Program-made: the position numbers and the translations under genes
Notes under the pieces: model-generated
Seen by the model: only the letters and a program-made list of their open reading frames with translations
Databases searched by the model: none
Told to the model about the DNA's origin: nothing
Source of the DNA: Podarcis bocagei
Lineage: Eukaryota
NCBI GenBank assembly: GCA_964188305.1
Contig: OZ076887.1
Length of the DNA stretch: 64,000 bases
Direction: 5' to 3' (one strand)
Shown here: positions 37,501 through 48,424 of the stretch, piece by piece
Numbering within the stretch: position 1 is the first letter of the stretch
Layout: every line of letters starts with the position of its first letter

Positions 37501-39680
37501 ACAGTTCACTCAAACAACCTTCGGAAAAATCACAGCAAAACTGAATGAGGTGGCAAGTTCTTGGGCTGAATAGCACTGTCTGCAGAACAATGGCAGCCAA
37601 CTCCAAATCCCACCATAATCACATTAATGAGATTAATCAGTGAATTAGCAGCAGTCAAATGTCAGGGTGGCAAGGAGGAATCCAACCAAGCTTGGTAATT
37701 AACTTTTGTGGGGGCAGGGAAAGGGAATCAAGTGCATTATCTCTTTTTGGTGGTTGAAAAAAGGCATGTTATCACCCCCCCCCCCACACCTCACAACAAG
37801 CCATTGGAACTTTCTGAAACTTAAAGGGTGGTGGTATTAAACTCTGAATGGCTCAAATTGTTATGAAGCAAGCTATTAATTTCCCCCCAATATTCTCTAG
37901 CTAGCATCAACTGAGGAAACTAGCAATTTTATATCTCCTCAGTCTGTTGAGAGTTGGTTGTGATTGAGCATATTGGTGTGAACAAGGCTGTGTAATTCAA
38001 CTTTCACCAGAAAATCCAATTAGTGCTGGAACTATGTTTGATACAGAACTATAGTGTAGTTAGATATCTACATCTCTTTATATACATACATATATATAAT
38101 TTTTAAAGTAATGCTTAAACCAAACTTTGCATGGCAAGAGACAGCAATGCAGAGAAGTACTATTTAAAATAGCAGGTCAGGTGACCTGTCAACCAAGTTG
38201 TTTTAAAAACTCTAAGCTTCTATGTATATATGAACTAAGCAAGTTATACTTCCTTAATAGGGTTAGTTCAAAAATTCCAATTTCCCATTGATCTGAGGAC
38301 TAGTGAAATTTCTTTTCCATTTTAAATTCAGCCCACCAGGAATAGTTCAGTTTTCAAAAGTTATACTTCATTGATACATTTTGGAATCAAAGTTATGTAC
38401 AAGGGGAGAATCCTTTATTGGCTACACTTTTAGTTATTTAGCAGAAGTAGACATTCTATATTCTTCAGTGAAGAAATACTGTCCTCAATGCTTTGTCAGA
38501 TATTTACTTTTACTATGACTTTAAAAACATCTATAATTACATTGTATGCAGTAAACCACTATTTAATATATATAAAAGTTTTTGATTTGCAGTATTTACA
38601 GCTGACTTCCAGGACTGTATCACAGGAAATAAAATGCAAGTCAATTTGTTCTTTGGTGTTTAATCTTTTTCATAGCAAGTATAAATTCAGCAAGAGAATC
38701 AGCTTAGTATTTATAACTGTTCTTCTATAAAGGGAAGTAAATTTGCTGTGCCAAACTATTACAATATTTATCACACACACCAAGTTTGCATATCTGAAAA
38801 TTTCAGTGCAGTATTCTCAACTCTGTGCCATCTTTAAATTGAAGGTTGTAGAATATAAAAATGGAATTTAATAAGAGTTAATTTTCACATGTTGTGACAA
38901 GTTAAATATATCATAACTCAGCTCTAGAACTGAAACCTATGTATACATTTATTTTAACTTGTTACATAACATATATACATTGCCAGTCTTTTGTCATGGT
39001 GATTTTAAAAATACAGGTGTTGAGAATAAAGGCACAAGTTGGAGTCCACTTACTCCAGAGTAGCCCATTAAAGTCAACAAAACTGCTCCACAATAAGTTG
39101 TGGAATGCCAACTTAGTGTCGTCGTTCAAATGTATCTAGATCTCCTATTAATGACTGGTTATATTCAAGTGATGAATGGATGTCTGTGAAGTTTCTGCCT
39201 CGATTGTTTTCTTAGCAAACAAGTACTGTTCAGCATGCAGCAACTTTATATATAAACAACATGCTTCCTGCATGCACGATAATGGCTGTATACATTCGCG
39301 ACAGATTTCACCCTGAGATTACTTCCTATTCCAGAGTCCCATGCAGTTTCGACAGCACGGCAAATATGCTGTGAAGATTTTTGAGGGAGAAGAAGGGGGA
39401 AAGGGGGGTGGGGGTGGGGGTGGGCAAGCAAACAATGGAAGCTGTAGGTATTAAAACTACCCAACAACTGAAGCAAAATAATACGCAGTCAGCTCAGACA
39501 ACCAACCCCCAGATGAACACAATCCCCAACCTTCATTCACCGTCAGATAAGCTACAACATATGAAATCTCGGCACGGTTAAGGGAAAGAGGGTGGGGACG
39601 GGGACACACGCATATGCCTTAGCTCGCTGCAACTTTAAACGGACGAGAAGTAGTTAAAAAAAAAAAAGCTCGAAGCATAC

Positions 39681-39860
39681 CGCGGAGACCCCCGGAAAGA
39701 TTCCGTTTTTCCCCCTCTTCACTGAATACTGAAAAAAAAAATCCCACGTTCCATAGATTTTAAAAAAAATAAAATAAAACACACCCACCAACGCTCAGTG
39801 TTGAAAGCGGCGGGTGGGGGCTGCGAGAAGACTGCGGGGGGGGGAATAGCCCCTCGCTCT
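39681..39860 (-). other. Candidate alternative non-coding first exon
   Basis: Donor GCG|GTATGC (GT at 39680-39679 on the minus strand) within a local CpG-rich patch at about 39570-39860. Confidence 0.35.
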
Positions 39861-40095
39861 CTCCCCTCTTTCTCTTTAGTGTGCAGGAGCTATGGGGGGG
39901 AAATGTCGCCCTGGCAGAGATGACAAATTCAGAAGGAAAGGCTAGCAGGCCTAAGGGATCTGTTTTACTTCCACATACATCCCCTAATGCACGCACTCCC
40001 ACTCATTCTCTAGATATGGTTTCCCTCCTCCCGGTTTCCCCCTTTCCTCTCTTCCTCCTCCTCCTCCTCCACTTCTCCCTCCCTCCCCTCCTCTC

Positions 40096-40271
40096 NNNNN
40101 NNNNNNNNNNNNNNNNNNNNNNNNNNNNNNNNNNNNNNNNNNNNNNNNNNNNNNNNNNNNNNNNNNNNNNNNNNNNNNNNNNNNNNNNNNNNNNNNNNNN
40201 NNNNNNNNNNNNNNNNNNNNNNNNNNNNNNNNNNNNNNNNNNNNNNNNNNNNNNNNNNNNNNNNNNNNNNN
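40096..40271. other. Assembly gap (176 N)
   Basis: Run of N after a polypyrimidine tract. Confidence 1.
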
Positions 40272-40741
40272 GAGAAGGGAATAATATCAATAATAAGCCT
40301 CGCTGCATAATAAGGTTGTCAATCCCACAAATCAAAGTCTCCGGCTAAATCAGGTAGCCCACCCCACGACTAGCTATCAGGTAGGAAGAAAAGGAAGAAA
40401 GGAAAGGATCGGAGTAAACACAGACAGCAAAAGCCGGGGAGGTTGTGGGTGGGGGGCGTGCGATGGGCATTGCCACCGAGTTCAGAGACAAGGAGATGGT
40501 CCAGAGGTCTCCCTCTCATTCTGTCGCTAATTGTGCTTTATTTAATTATTTGGGGAGCGGTGGGGCTTTTCCTTTGCGAATTCCGCCCCGTTCCCCCTCC
40601 TTTAAAAAAAGAAAGGGGGGCGGGGAGGGAAAAGGAGAAGAACCACCCAACCCAGAAACGCTGGTATATTTTGAGCTGGATCTGCTGAGGGCTGGTGCCA
40701 GATTTCCGTGCCTTCTCTGTGCTGTCGAGTGGCGCATTGAT

Positions 40742-40881
40742 NNNNNNNNNNNNNNNNNNNNNNNNNNNNNNNNNNNNNNNNNNNNNNNNNNNNNNNNNNN
40801 NNNNNNNNNNNNNNNNNNNNNNNNNNNNNNNNNNNNNNNNNNNNNNNNNNNNNNNNNNNNNNNNNNNNNNNNNNNNNNNNN
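40742..40881. other. Assembly gap (140 N)
   Basis: Run of N followed by (GCT)n. Confidence 1.
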
Positions 40882-41930
40882 GCTGCTGCTGCTGTTAGTC
40901 TGGCAAGCAAGCAGGCTCAATATAGCTTTTGCTAATAATGGCTTCCTGCCTCTCTCTCTCTCTCTCCTCCCACCCCACCCAGCACGTTTCCCCCCACCCC
41001 TTCCACCATCGCCAACCCTCATTTTTTCCCCTCCCGCCCCCCCCCACATAATGGTTCTGATTTCCCCTCCTTCCCTCCGTCTCTCCCTCCTCTCGCCCCT
41101 TAATTGTATATTGTTCGCAGCCACAGTCTGTCAGGCTGACAAGCGCTTATTGTGAAACTGCAAGCTTTCTTTCCGGGGTTTTCCTCCTTAAAAAAAAAAG
41201 CGCTAGGGTGGTAAGGGGGCATCTTAGCTGGCAGCTAGAACTTATTGCCAGCCCTCAGCTACGACAGACAGCTCAAAGAAAGGAGGTGGGGGAGAGAGAA
41301 ACTAGCCCGATTAATTTCTTATCCGTCTGTCCTTATACTCCGGGGGTGGGGAGGGAGCATTGGAAATGTGCGCATGTGGGAGAGACACGATGTGTCTAAT
41401 GTTGGCGATTATGCCCCACCAAACCACCCCCCCTGCTAATTGAAAAAGCAAGTCGCTTCTGCTCCATTCGCGGTGTGTGTATCCGCAAGAAGCAGTTGGG
41501 ATGGAGGAAAAGCTTAGGGATGTCCTGAAACGCAGTTGCCTCATTGGATGAGAAGAGGGCGGCCAGTCGCGTTGGGGAGGGGAGGTGGGAGAAGAGAACG
41601 AGAAAGCTTCTACACTTTCAAACATGATGTCGTCCCCCAAAGCCATTTTTATTTTATTTTAGTTTGGGCTGGGCGAAACGTGTTGCTTAACGAAAATCCT
41701 CCTTCGCTCATATATGCTCATATTTTCGATGGAGGAAGGAGGCAAATGAAAGCAAGCTTTGGCTGCTCAGATTCCGGCTGTGCCAGCCTATTCCTTCCCC
41801 AAGCATACTGCAAGCCAATGCTTTGGGTTAGCTTGCCGTAGGTCTTCGAGATGGTCCTGCGCATTCTGCGCCTGCGCCCTGTCCATCTTCGCTCTCCCCT
41901 TCTCTGTAGAAGTGGCATGTGCGCATATAT

Positions 41931-41985
41931 ACAGTGGTACCTCGGTTTAAGAACAATCTGGTTTAAGAACGATTTGGTTTACAAA
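41931..41985. mobile_element. Tc1/mariner MITE left-end remnant
   Basis: TA|CAGTGGTACCTCGGTTTAAGAAC; no matching right end found. Confidence 0.65.
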
Positions 41986-42113
41986 TCTATAGCTATAGCT
42001 ATGTATATAAACGGATAGCTACAGTCTATGTTGAAATGTCTGCATACACCTAAAAATGGGTCTCTATGAAAAAAGAGAGAAAAAAAGAGATGAAAAAAGA
42101 GAGAACGCAAAGG

Positions 42114-42220
42114 TGCTGGGATAGCTTAATGGCTAGACTCTTAATCTCAGGCTCATGGGTTCGATCCCCACGTTGAGCGACAGATTCTTGCATTGCAGGG
42201 GGTTGGACTAGATGATTCTG
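42114..42220 (+). mobile_element. Short tRNA(Lys)-derived SINE with CR1-like tail (Squam2-like)
   Basis: GCTGGGATAGCT..GACTCTTAATCTCAGG..GGGTTCGATCCCCACGTTGAGCG (tRNA-Lys-like, with a deletion) fused to CATTGCAGGGGGTTGGACTAGATGA (CR1-type 3' end). Confidence 0.75.
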
Positions 42221-42990
42221 GAGGCGCAAACAGTCTCGCTTTCTCATGCAACCTATTAGCACCGTCCCATACATGCAGACATGGCTCCTCTTCTACCATC
42301 TTTCCCCATTTCTGCCTTCCATCCCTGCTAGTCCCCTCCAACGGTGCACTCCCGGTTCGGCTGCTGCTGGCTGCAGCTGCGACGTGAATCAGAAATCAAT
42401 AGCTCTCCTCTAATGGAGGATCCGATCAGCAAAGCAGCCGCAGTTGGCCGTGCACAAAAAGCGCGCGCGCACACATACCACACAACACACACACACGGAA
42501 GATATTGAGAGTTTAATGACGTCTGCGCAACTTGTACAGCTGATTGGGCACCGCATCGGATGTTCTGTGGAGCAAAGAATAGGAATCGCTTACAGTCTAC
42601 TTCCACATATATAAAATATGGAAAAAAAGGTCGCTCGTATTTTCCTGTCTCCGGGAGACCAAGGTCTGATTTTCCCTCGCCGTCAGGTGACAGTCGGTCA
42701 GGAGCAACGACCAGACCAGGGAGCTGGGGGGGGGGGGATGCGCGTGACGTCACCGCGCCAGGGAAGCGTCTCCCCCTTCCCCGCCACCGCCTCCAAGATG
42801 AGGATCATGTGAACGGTCGTGACACAGAGAGATCCGCATTGCACGGGGGTTTTTCCACACCGTGCCTTGCGCAAGACTCCCAAAACGACAGCCAGATTTT
42901 TAATTTATTTATCTTATTTTGCGCGCCCGCGCGCGTGTTTTTAACCATCAACATCGGGTTCTCCTGAGAGCTCTCAATTTCCCTCTCTGG

Positions 42991-43160
42991 CAGGGATGCC
43001 AACTTGAATAAAATATTGGGGGGGGGGGTAAGCCCCGCCCCACATAATCGATCACCTGACATGGCCCACGCACACTATTTGAATGGCAACTTGGGCGGGA
43101 GCTCCCTCTCAAATATTTTATTGGAGGGGGCGATGGGACCTCGGACCCTAGACTCCTATG
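42991..43160. mobile_element. hAT-type MITE
   Basis: Starts CAGGGATGCCAACTTGAATAAAATATTGGGGG and ends GACTCCTATG. 8-bp TSD ctctctgg / ctgtctgg (7 of 8 match). Related to 54123-54503. Confidence 0.75.
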
Positions 43161-43316
43161 CTGTCTGGTACCCTACCCGGGCGCCATTGCTTGGTTCTGC
43201 TGTTACATTTTTAACCCAACCTCCCATTCCCGTCGGCTTCTGCAGCCCAGCTGCGGCTGAAATTCCAGCCGTGGGCGTTCCAGAAACTGGTGGCTGGTTG
43301 TTGTCGGAAGGGGATT

Positions 43317-43317
<1 letters not shown>

Positions 43318-43348
<31 letters not shown>
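43318..43348. repeat. (TG)n microsatellite
   Basis: About 15 GT units. Confidence 0.95.
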
Positions 43349-43350
<2 letters not shown>

Positions 43351-43385
43351 GGGGCAGTCCGCATCCCCGCCAGCAAATCTGGAGC

Positions 43386-43640
43386 TAGGGGTGCCAACTT
43401 AAACAAAATATAGGGGGGCATCATCAATCACAAGGCGTGCCATACACACCCCATGAGAATGGCAATGTCCACCAACTTTTTTGGGGGGACCTCAGATATT
43501 TTATTGGGGGGCATAGCCAGGGGGTGTGCAGCTGTCCCCCTAAACCAAGTAAACAAAAATACGTCGTAGATAACTCGGTTCTGCCCCCCTATCATAAGGT
43601 CTGCCCCTCTCCCCATAAAGAAATCCTGGCTATGCCCATG
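43386..43640. mobile_element. hAT-type MITE derivative
   Basis: Left end TAGGGGTGCCAACTT..AAAATATAGGGGGG resembles 42991. Internal inverted repeat GGCATAGCCAGG (about 43510) / CCTGGCTATGCC (about 43625). No clear TSD. Confidence 0.6.
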
Positions 43641-44737
43641 GGAAGAAGGGTTCTTCTGCGCCTGGAGCTCCAGGATGCCCTGCGTGGACACGCTGCGTAG
43701 CCCCGCGCCCCGCTTCTTTCAGGAGCCCGCGAGTCCCCTCGGTTCCAGCGGGGCTCGCCCTCCCAAGTCCGCGCGGGAATGGCGGGCAGGAGGCGCACCA
43801 CAGCCACCGCAGCAGTACTGCGGCACAGACCCCTCGCCTCTTCCTCCGCCACCTCCTCCTCCTCCTCCTCCAGCCCTGTCAATGTATTACAACTCCGGTA
43901 TATTGACAGCAACCGCCCTCCTCTCCGTCTGGCTCCAGTGAAGCATTTCCAGGCGTCCCTCCCTCCCTCCCTCCACCCGCAGCCAGTTGCGAGCCCTTCT
44001 TGCAGGGACGAGGAGAGCGCGCCAGTCCCCAGATCAGGGCTGGAGAGGAGCAGAGATCTGGGGGAAATGAATGAATCATGAGGCCATATTGCGACGACAC
44101 AAGTCGCAGCCTGGGCTGGCATTTTCTTTTTCTTTTTTAATGCTTCTCTCTTTCTCAGACGGGGGGGGGGGGGACCAGAGAGAGAGGATGGGAAATGGCA
44201 GGCGGAAACCTCGTAGACCGCAGGATGTCTCAGGACAAACACGAGAGGATGCGAAGCTCCTCCTTTTCCCAGTTAGCACTTAGACCACCACAGCGCTGCT
44301 TCCCCTTCCTCCTCCACCCGCCTCACCAAATCTCTCTCTCTCTCTCTCTCTGAATTTTCTCTTTAAATTATTTATTCCAGCTTCTTTCCCCGTTGCCAAG
44401 TATGAGCTTCTGTCTCCCTGAAGAGATACTGCCCGGGTTTCCTTCCTGCCCTCTACCTACTTAGCTTTCCAACCTTTCTCTTTTCCCCTCGCCTCCCCTC
44501 CCACCGCGCGGCGGACAGGAAGGTGGTTTATTTCTTCTTTTATTTTATTTTTTGGCTCGGCAGCCATTTTGAATCTCCGCCCGAATGAAAGGAAGGCAAA
44601 GCCTAGAGTCTTGCCCAGATGCTCGTTTTATTATCGCGCCATGCAAGCGCCGTTGTCGTTCATCTCTTGGGAAGGATCCGGATTCATTCATTCATTCATT
44701 TATTTTTAAAGATTCAATGTAGCAGTTCTTTTTGGGG

Positions 44738-45082
44738 AACTCCAGCATTTCTCCAAGGAAAATAGGGACGTCCATTCCATAATGATACATGTTACTATTT
44801 ATACCTCGCACATCTTACTGGGTTGCCCCAGCTACTCTGGGCAGCTTCTAACATGTATATAAAAACATAATAAAACATTAAACATGTAAAAATAAATAAA
44901 TCCCTATACAGGATTGCCTTCTGACGGCTCCGGGTGGAATAACTCCATACCTTCCAACATTTCTCCAGTGAAAATAGGAACATCCTTAGGAAAAGTGGGA
45001 CATTTTGGGATCAAATCAGAAACCGGAACGGCTTCTCTGAATCAGGAATGTCCCTGGGAAATAGGGATACTTGGAGGGTCTG
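44738..45082 (-). mobile_element. Composite MITE carrying an L2 3' tail (copy 2)
   Basis: Core MITE CATACCTTCCAAC (about 44946) to TTGGAGGGTCTG (45082). L2 tail at about 44795-44925. Duplicated end motif CTCCAGCATTTCTCC..GAAAATAGGGACGTCC at about 44740. Confidence 0.75.
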
Positions 45083-45504
45083 AAAATATTTAGTCACTGG
45101 TCCCGTCACCCCCCCCCGCAGACTCGCCTCACCCATGTAGGAAGTAGATGGTGTAGCAACATCAGTCTTGAACTGATTTATCTGTCATTATGCTTCCCCA
45201 GTGGAACCGTAGCAAACAGATGTAGTCTGTAGAAATGGACTAAATGGGAAGATTGGTCACAGTTTCCTACATCCTTTGAAAACATGTACAGAGGAGGAAA
45301 ATAAATCTTGCCCACTCTTTCTGGACAAAGGGCCTTCCACTTTACAGAGTTGATTCATATAACAATTTTTACTTGCATTGGGGACATAGTAGAATGGTCT
45401 TCTGAAACTGAAACACAACGCCCCAGAAAATAGTTATTTTCTTGTTTTTGTCAGGGTATGCAAGCCCATGACACACACTATTTGAATAGCAAAGGGTCTG
45501 TAGG

Positions 45505-45506
<2 letters not shown>

Positions 45507-45543
<37 letters not shown>

Positions 45544-45833
45544 ACCCTGCCCATTTGGCTGAGTTTCCCCAGCCACTCTGGGCGGCTCCCAATCAAGTGT
45601 TAAAAACAATACAGCATTAAATATTAAAAACTTCCATAAACAGGGCTGCCTTCAGATGTCTTTTAAAGATAAGATAGCTGCTTATTTCCTTGACATCTGA
45701 TGGGAGGGTGTTCCACAGGGCGGGCGCCACTACTGAGAAGGCCCTCTGCCTGGTTCCCTGTAACTTGGCTTCTTGCAGTGAGGGAACCACCAGAAGGTCC
45801 TCGGCGCTGAATCTCAGTGTCCGGGTTGAACGA
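45507..45833 (-). mobile_element. L2 LINE, 5'-truncated 3' end
   Basis: ORF 45617-45844 RTLRFSAEDLLVVPSLQEAKLQGTRQRAFSVVAPALWNTLP...FKRHLKAALF. (TAA)n tail. Possible TSD taggat at 45501-06 and 45834-39. Confidence 0.9.
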
Positions 45834-45899
45834 TAGGATAGCACAGGAGTGGCTGCGGAACCATTTTGGCACCTCGCCCCCCAAAAAGTCCAACAACTT

Positions 45900-46025
45900 T
45901 GGCTCCTCTGCTCTGCTAAGCTTCGAATTTCTCATGGACCTTTGGTGGGAGGTGAGTGCCACACCCCATAGTTGCCTTTGACTGGACTTAACCACCCAGG
46001 GGCCCTTTACCTTTTACCTTTACCT
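45900..46025 (+). mobile_element. Sauria-SINE-like 3' end
   Basis: GAGGTGAGTGCCACACCCCATAG..GACTGGAC..AGGGGCCCTTTACCTTTTACCTTTACC resembles the Squam1 3' end; no tRNA head recognised. Confidence 0.55.
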
Positions 46026-46319
46026 TAATGATTTTGAAAACACACCAGACTTATAGATGGTGTATTAGATTGTAATAAGAGTAGGTGGATAATGAAACAT
46101 GCTGGTCTTAGGAAATCTAAGAATTTCCCTAGAAATGAAATTCTAGGGACTCTGCCCTGTTTTAGCCTCCCCACCAGCTTACCTTACGTGAACAGCTGTG
46201 CTAGTAGAGAGTCCCATAGTGATGGTCCACATGACATTTTGCTGGCATAGTGTGGGATCCCTCTAATCCTACAGGTATAAATCAGCTGATGTAACTGATG
46301 TTCTCTTAAAGTTTGAACT

Positions 46320-47015
46320 ACTTTAAGATGCTGCAGAATGCCGCGGTGAGACTCCTCATGGGGTCCTCGCCACGGGAGCACATTCATCCGGTTCTATACC
46401 AGCTGTACTGGCTCCTGCTGGGGTACAGGATCAGGTTTAAGGTGCTGGCCTAGGACCCTCATACCTACGGGACCGCCTCGCCTGGTATGCCCCACGGAGG
46501 ACCTTAAGGTCTGCAAATAGTAACACTCTGAAGATCCCAGGCCCCAGGGAGATTAGACTGGCCTTGACCAGAGCCAGGGCCTTTTCGGACGTGGCCCTGG
46601 CCTGGTGGAATGCTCTCACAAGAGACCAGGGCCCTGCGGGATTTGACATCTTTCTGTAGGGCCTGAAAGACGGAGCTGTTCCGCCAGGCCTTTGGTCAGG
46701 GTTCAGTCTGATTCTTTTATTTCTGTATAAGAACAAGCATTATAGAGGCCTCTTAGCCCGCTCGTAGGTCCTTTATAAGACCAGTGGTAACATTTGGCCC
46801 TGGAGAATATTAACCACTCTCAATTTTACCCGTGGACTGCCATCTATCCAGATTTTAATTTGCTCTGAACTAATTTTAAGATGTATTTTAATTAATTGAT
46901 TGCCTATTTTTATGTTCTTATGTTCTTTGTGTGCTGTGTTAGTTTTATGATGTTAGCTGCCCTGAGTCCGGCTCTGGCCGGGGCACAAATAAATTTATTA
47001 TTATTATTATTATTA
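46320..47015 (+). mobile_element. L2 LINE 3' fragment (different family)
   Basis: LQNAAVRLL..LYQLYWL.. and ARAFSDVALAWWNAL..LKDGAVP-type L2 C-terminal motifs with frameshifts. (ATT)n tail at about 46995-47015. Confidence 0.8.
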
Positions 47016-48168
47016 AATGGCAAAACAGATTTATAAATTCTTTTTTTAAAAAAAATAATTTTTATTAAATTTTCCATTTTAACAATCCAATCAGATCACA
47101 TTACGTATTCCAAATTATACAAATACATATCATATAGTCCAAATATTCTGCCAAATTATAAATTTTTGTTGGGGCTTCCCATGCTTCAAGTTCAGTGGGG
47201 CTCTAATCATCTTATGTTTCTACTGCCTTGAGTTTCCAATAGTTCCTTCCTTAAATTTTCCTGTTGTTATCCTTCCTTCATTCGTGGCCTCTTGAGTTGT
47301 TTCCACAGGCATGTTGAAATAAACAATAATGTGCTTCTGTGTGGAATTTGTATGACTCTGCTTTTTTTGCAGCTGTTAAGTCTATTATTTGCAGAATGTC
47401 CTCACACGCTGGTGTTTATACCGAATCAATCCAAAAGTCCTTCTGTGGTGGCAGACGCCATCTTCTCTCAGTTCCGATGAAGTAAAATCTAGGCATTTGC
47501 TCATTAATTTTCTCAGACAGGTTGCATCAAACCTTAGTCTTACCAGGGGAGATTTGCCAAACAAATTTATAAATTCACTTCGGACTGAATGAACGTTTTC
47601 TCTAAGCCGCAGCAGAGGGAGTGATGGGGCAGCAGGCTCACTCCATTGGTTTGGCTGAGAGACCACCTGCCATTGAGCTTTCCTTCTCCATCCACTGCAA
47701 TTTTATCATCAGCCGCTCCACCTAGTTATGGTACAGGGAGAGACAGGGCAGCAGGGTCCACTCCACCAGCTCTACTGAGAAATCAGCTGCCATTTGGCTC
47801 TTCTCTTCCCCATAGCGTTTCCATTCAAGCTAGTTATTACGGCAACTATGTACCTCGAATAATTGGTGCCTGAGCTTGCTTGTTTTCTCCTTCCTTTTCC
47901 TTTTGTGTCTCTTAGAACAGGGATGGGCAGAAGGTAGGTCTGGGCCTGTTACCAGATCTTTGGATGATTGCAGTATACCAGCAAGGACTCATAACCCTTA
48001 ATTGTTTAACAATAGCAACAACACAATGATTCCTCATTATTCTAAATAATACTGCTGAATTGAGGAAAGCTTGTGGTAACCACAAGTAGGGTTTGTGTAG
48101 GAGGGCTGTGTGCTACATTCAGTTTACGGAGCTCAGAACAAATTCTTGGGCTCAGAATTTTTGAAGTA

Positions 48169-48345
48169 CCGTATTTTTCCGTGTATAAGACTAGGTTGAC
48201 TAGGTTTTTTCCCTAAAAATACAATGTCAAAAATTAGGGGGTGTCTTATACACGGGACCATCTCCTCCCATTTTCTTAAATCTGAGTCCCCAAAAATAGG
48301 GGGTGTCTTATACATGGGGGGCGTCTTATAGACAGAAAAATACCG
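48169..48345. mobile_element. Tc1/mariner MITE (CCGTATTTTTC..TATAAGAC type)
   Basis: TA|CCGTATTTTTCCGTGTATAAGAC ... GTCTTATAGACAGAAAAATACCG inverted ends, with internal GTCTTATA repeats. Confidence 0.8.
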
Positions 48346-48346
48346 T

Positions 48347-48424
48347 CTGTGTGTGTGTGTGTACACACACACACACACACACACACACCGTATTTCTCTC
48401 TCTGTCTCTGTCTCTCTCTCTCTC
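48347..48424. repeat. Compound (TG)n-TA-(CA)n and (CT)n microsatellite
   Basis: Direct reading of the sequence. Confidence 0.9.

Larger units (their letters stand above)
40300..44660. promoter_or_regulatory. Extended CpG-rich distal promoter region
   Basis: Several CpG-dense blocks (about 41500-41930, 42330-42960, 43660-44660). Full CRE GTGACGTCAC at 42744-53, NRF1-like GCGCCTGCGC near 41867, CCAAT boxes (ATTGG near 41544 and 42544), and a YY1-like AAAATGGCTGCC on the minus strand at 44559-70. Confidence 0.75.

Noticed and set aside
39881-41155. ORFs of 110-236 aa containing X runs
   Set aside because: They are artefacts of translating through N gaps.
42114-42185. tRNA-Lys-like sequence
   Set aside because: The D-arm is partly deleted and it is fused to a CR1-like tail, so it is a SINE head rather than a tRNA gene.
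43876-43909. Hairpin considered as a microRNA precursor
   Set aside because: It spans only 34 nt and pairing does not extend into the flanks. It is kept only as a regulatory-motif finding.
47040-47300. T-rich start followed by AT-rich sequence resembling a truncated L1 3'UTR (similar at about 49290-49460)
   Set aside because: No coding remnant or TSD could be confirmed by eye, so it was too weak to list as a feature.
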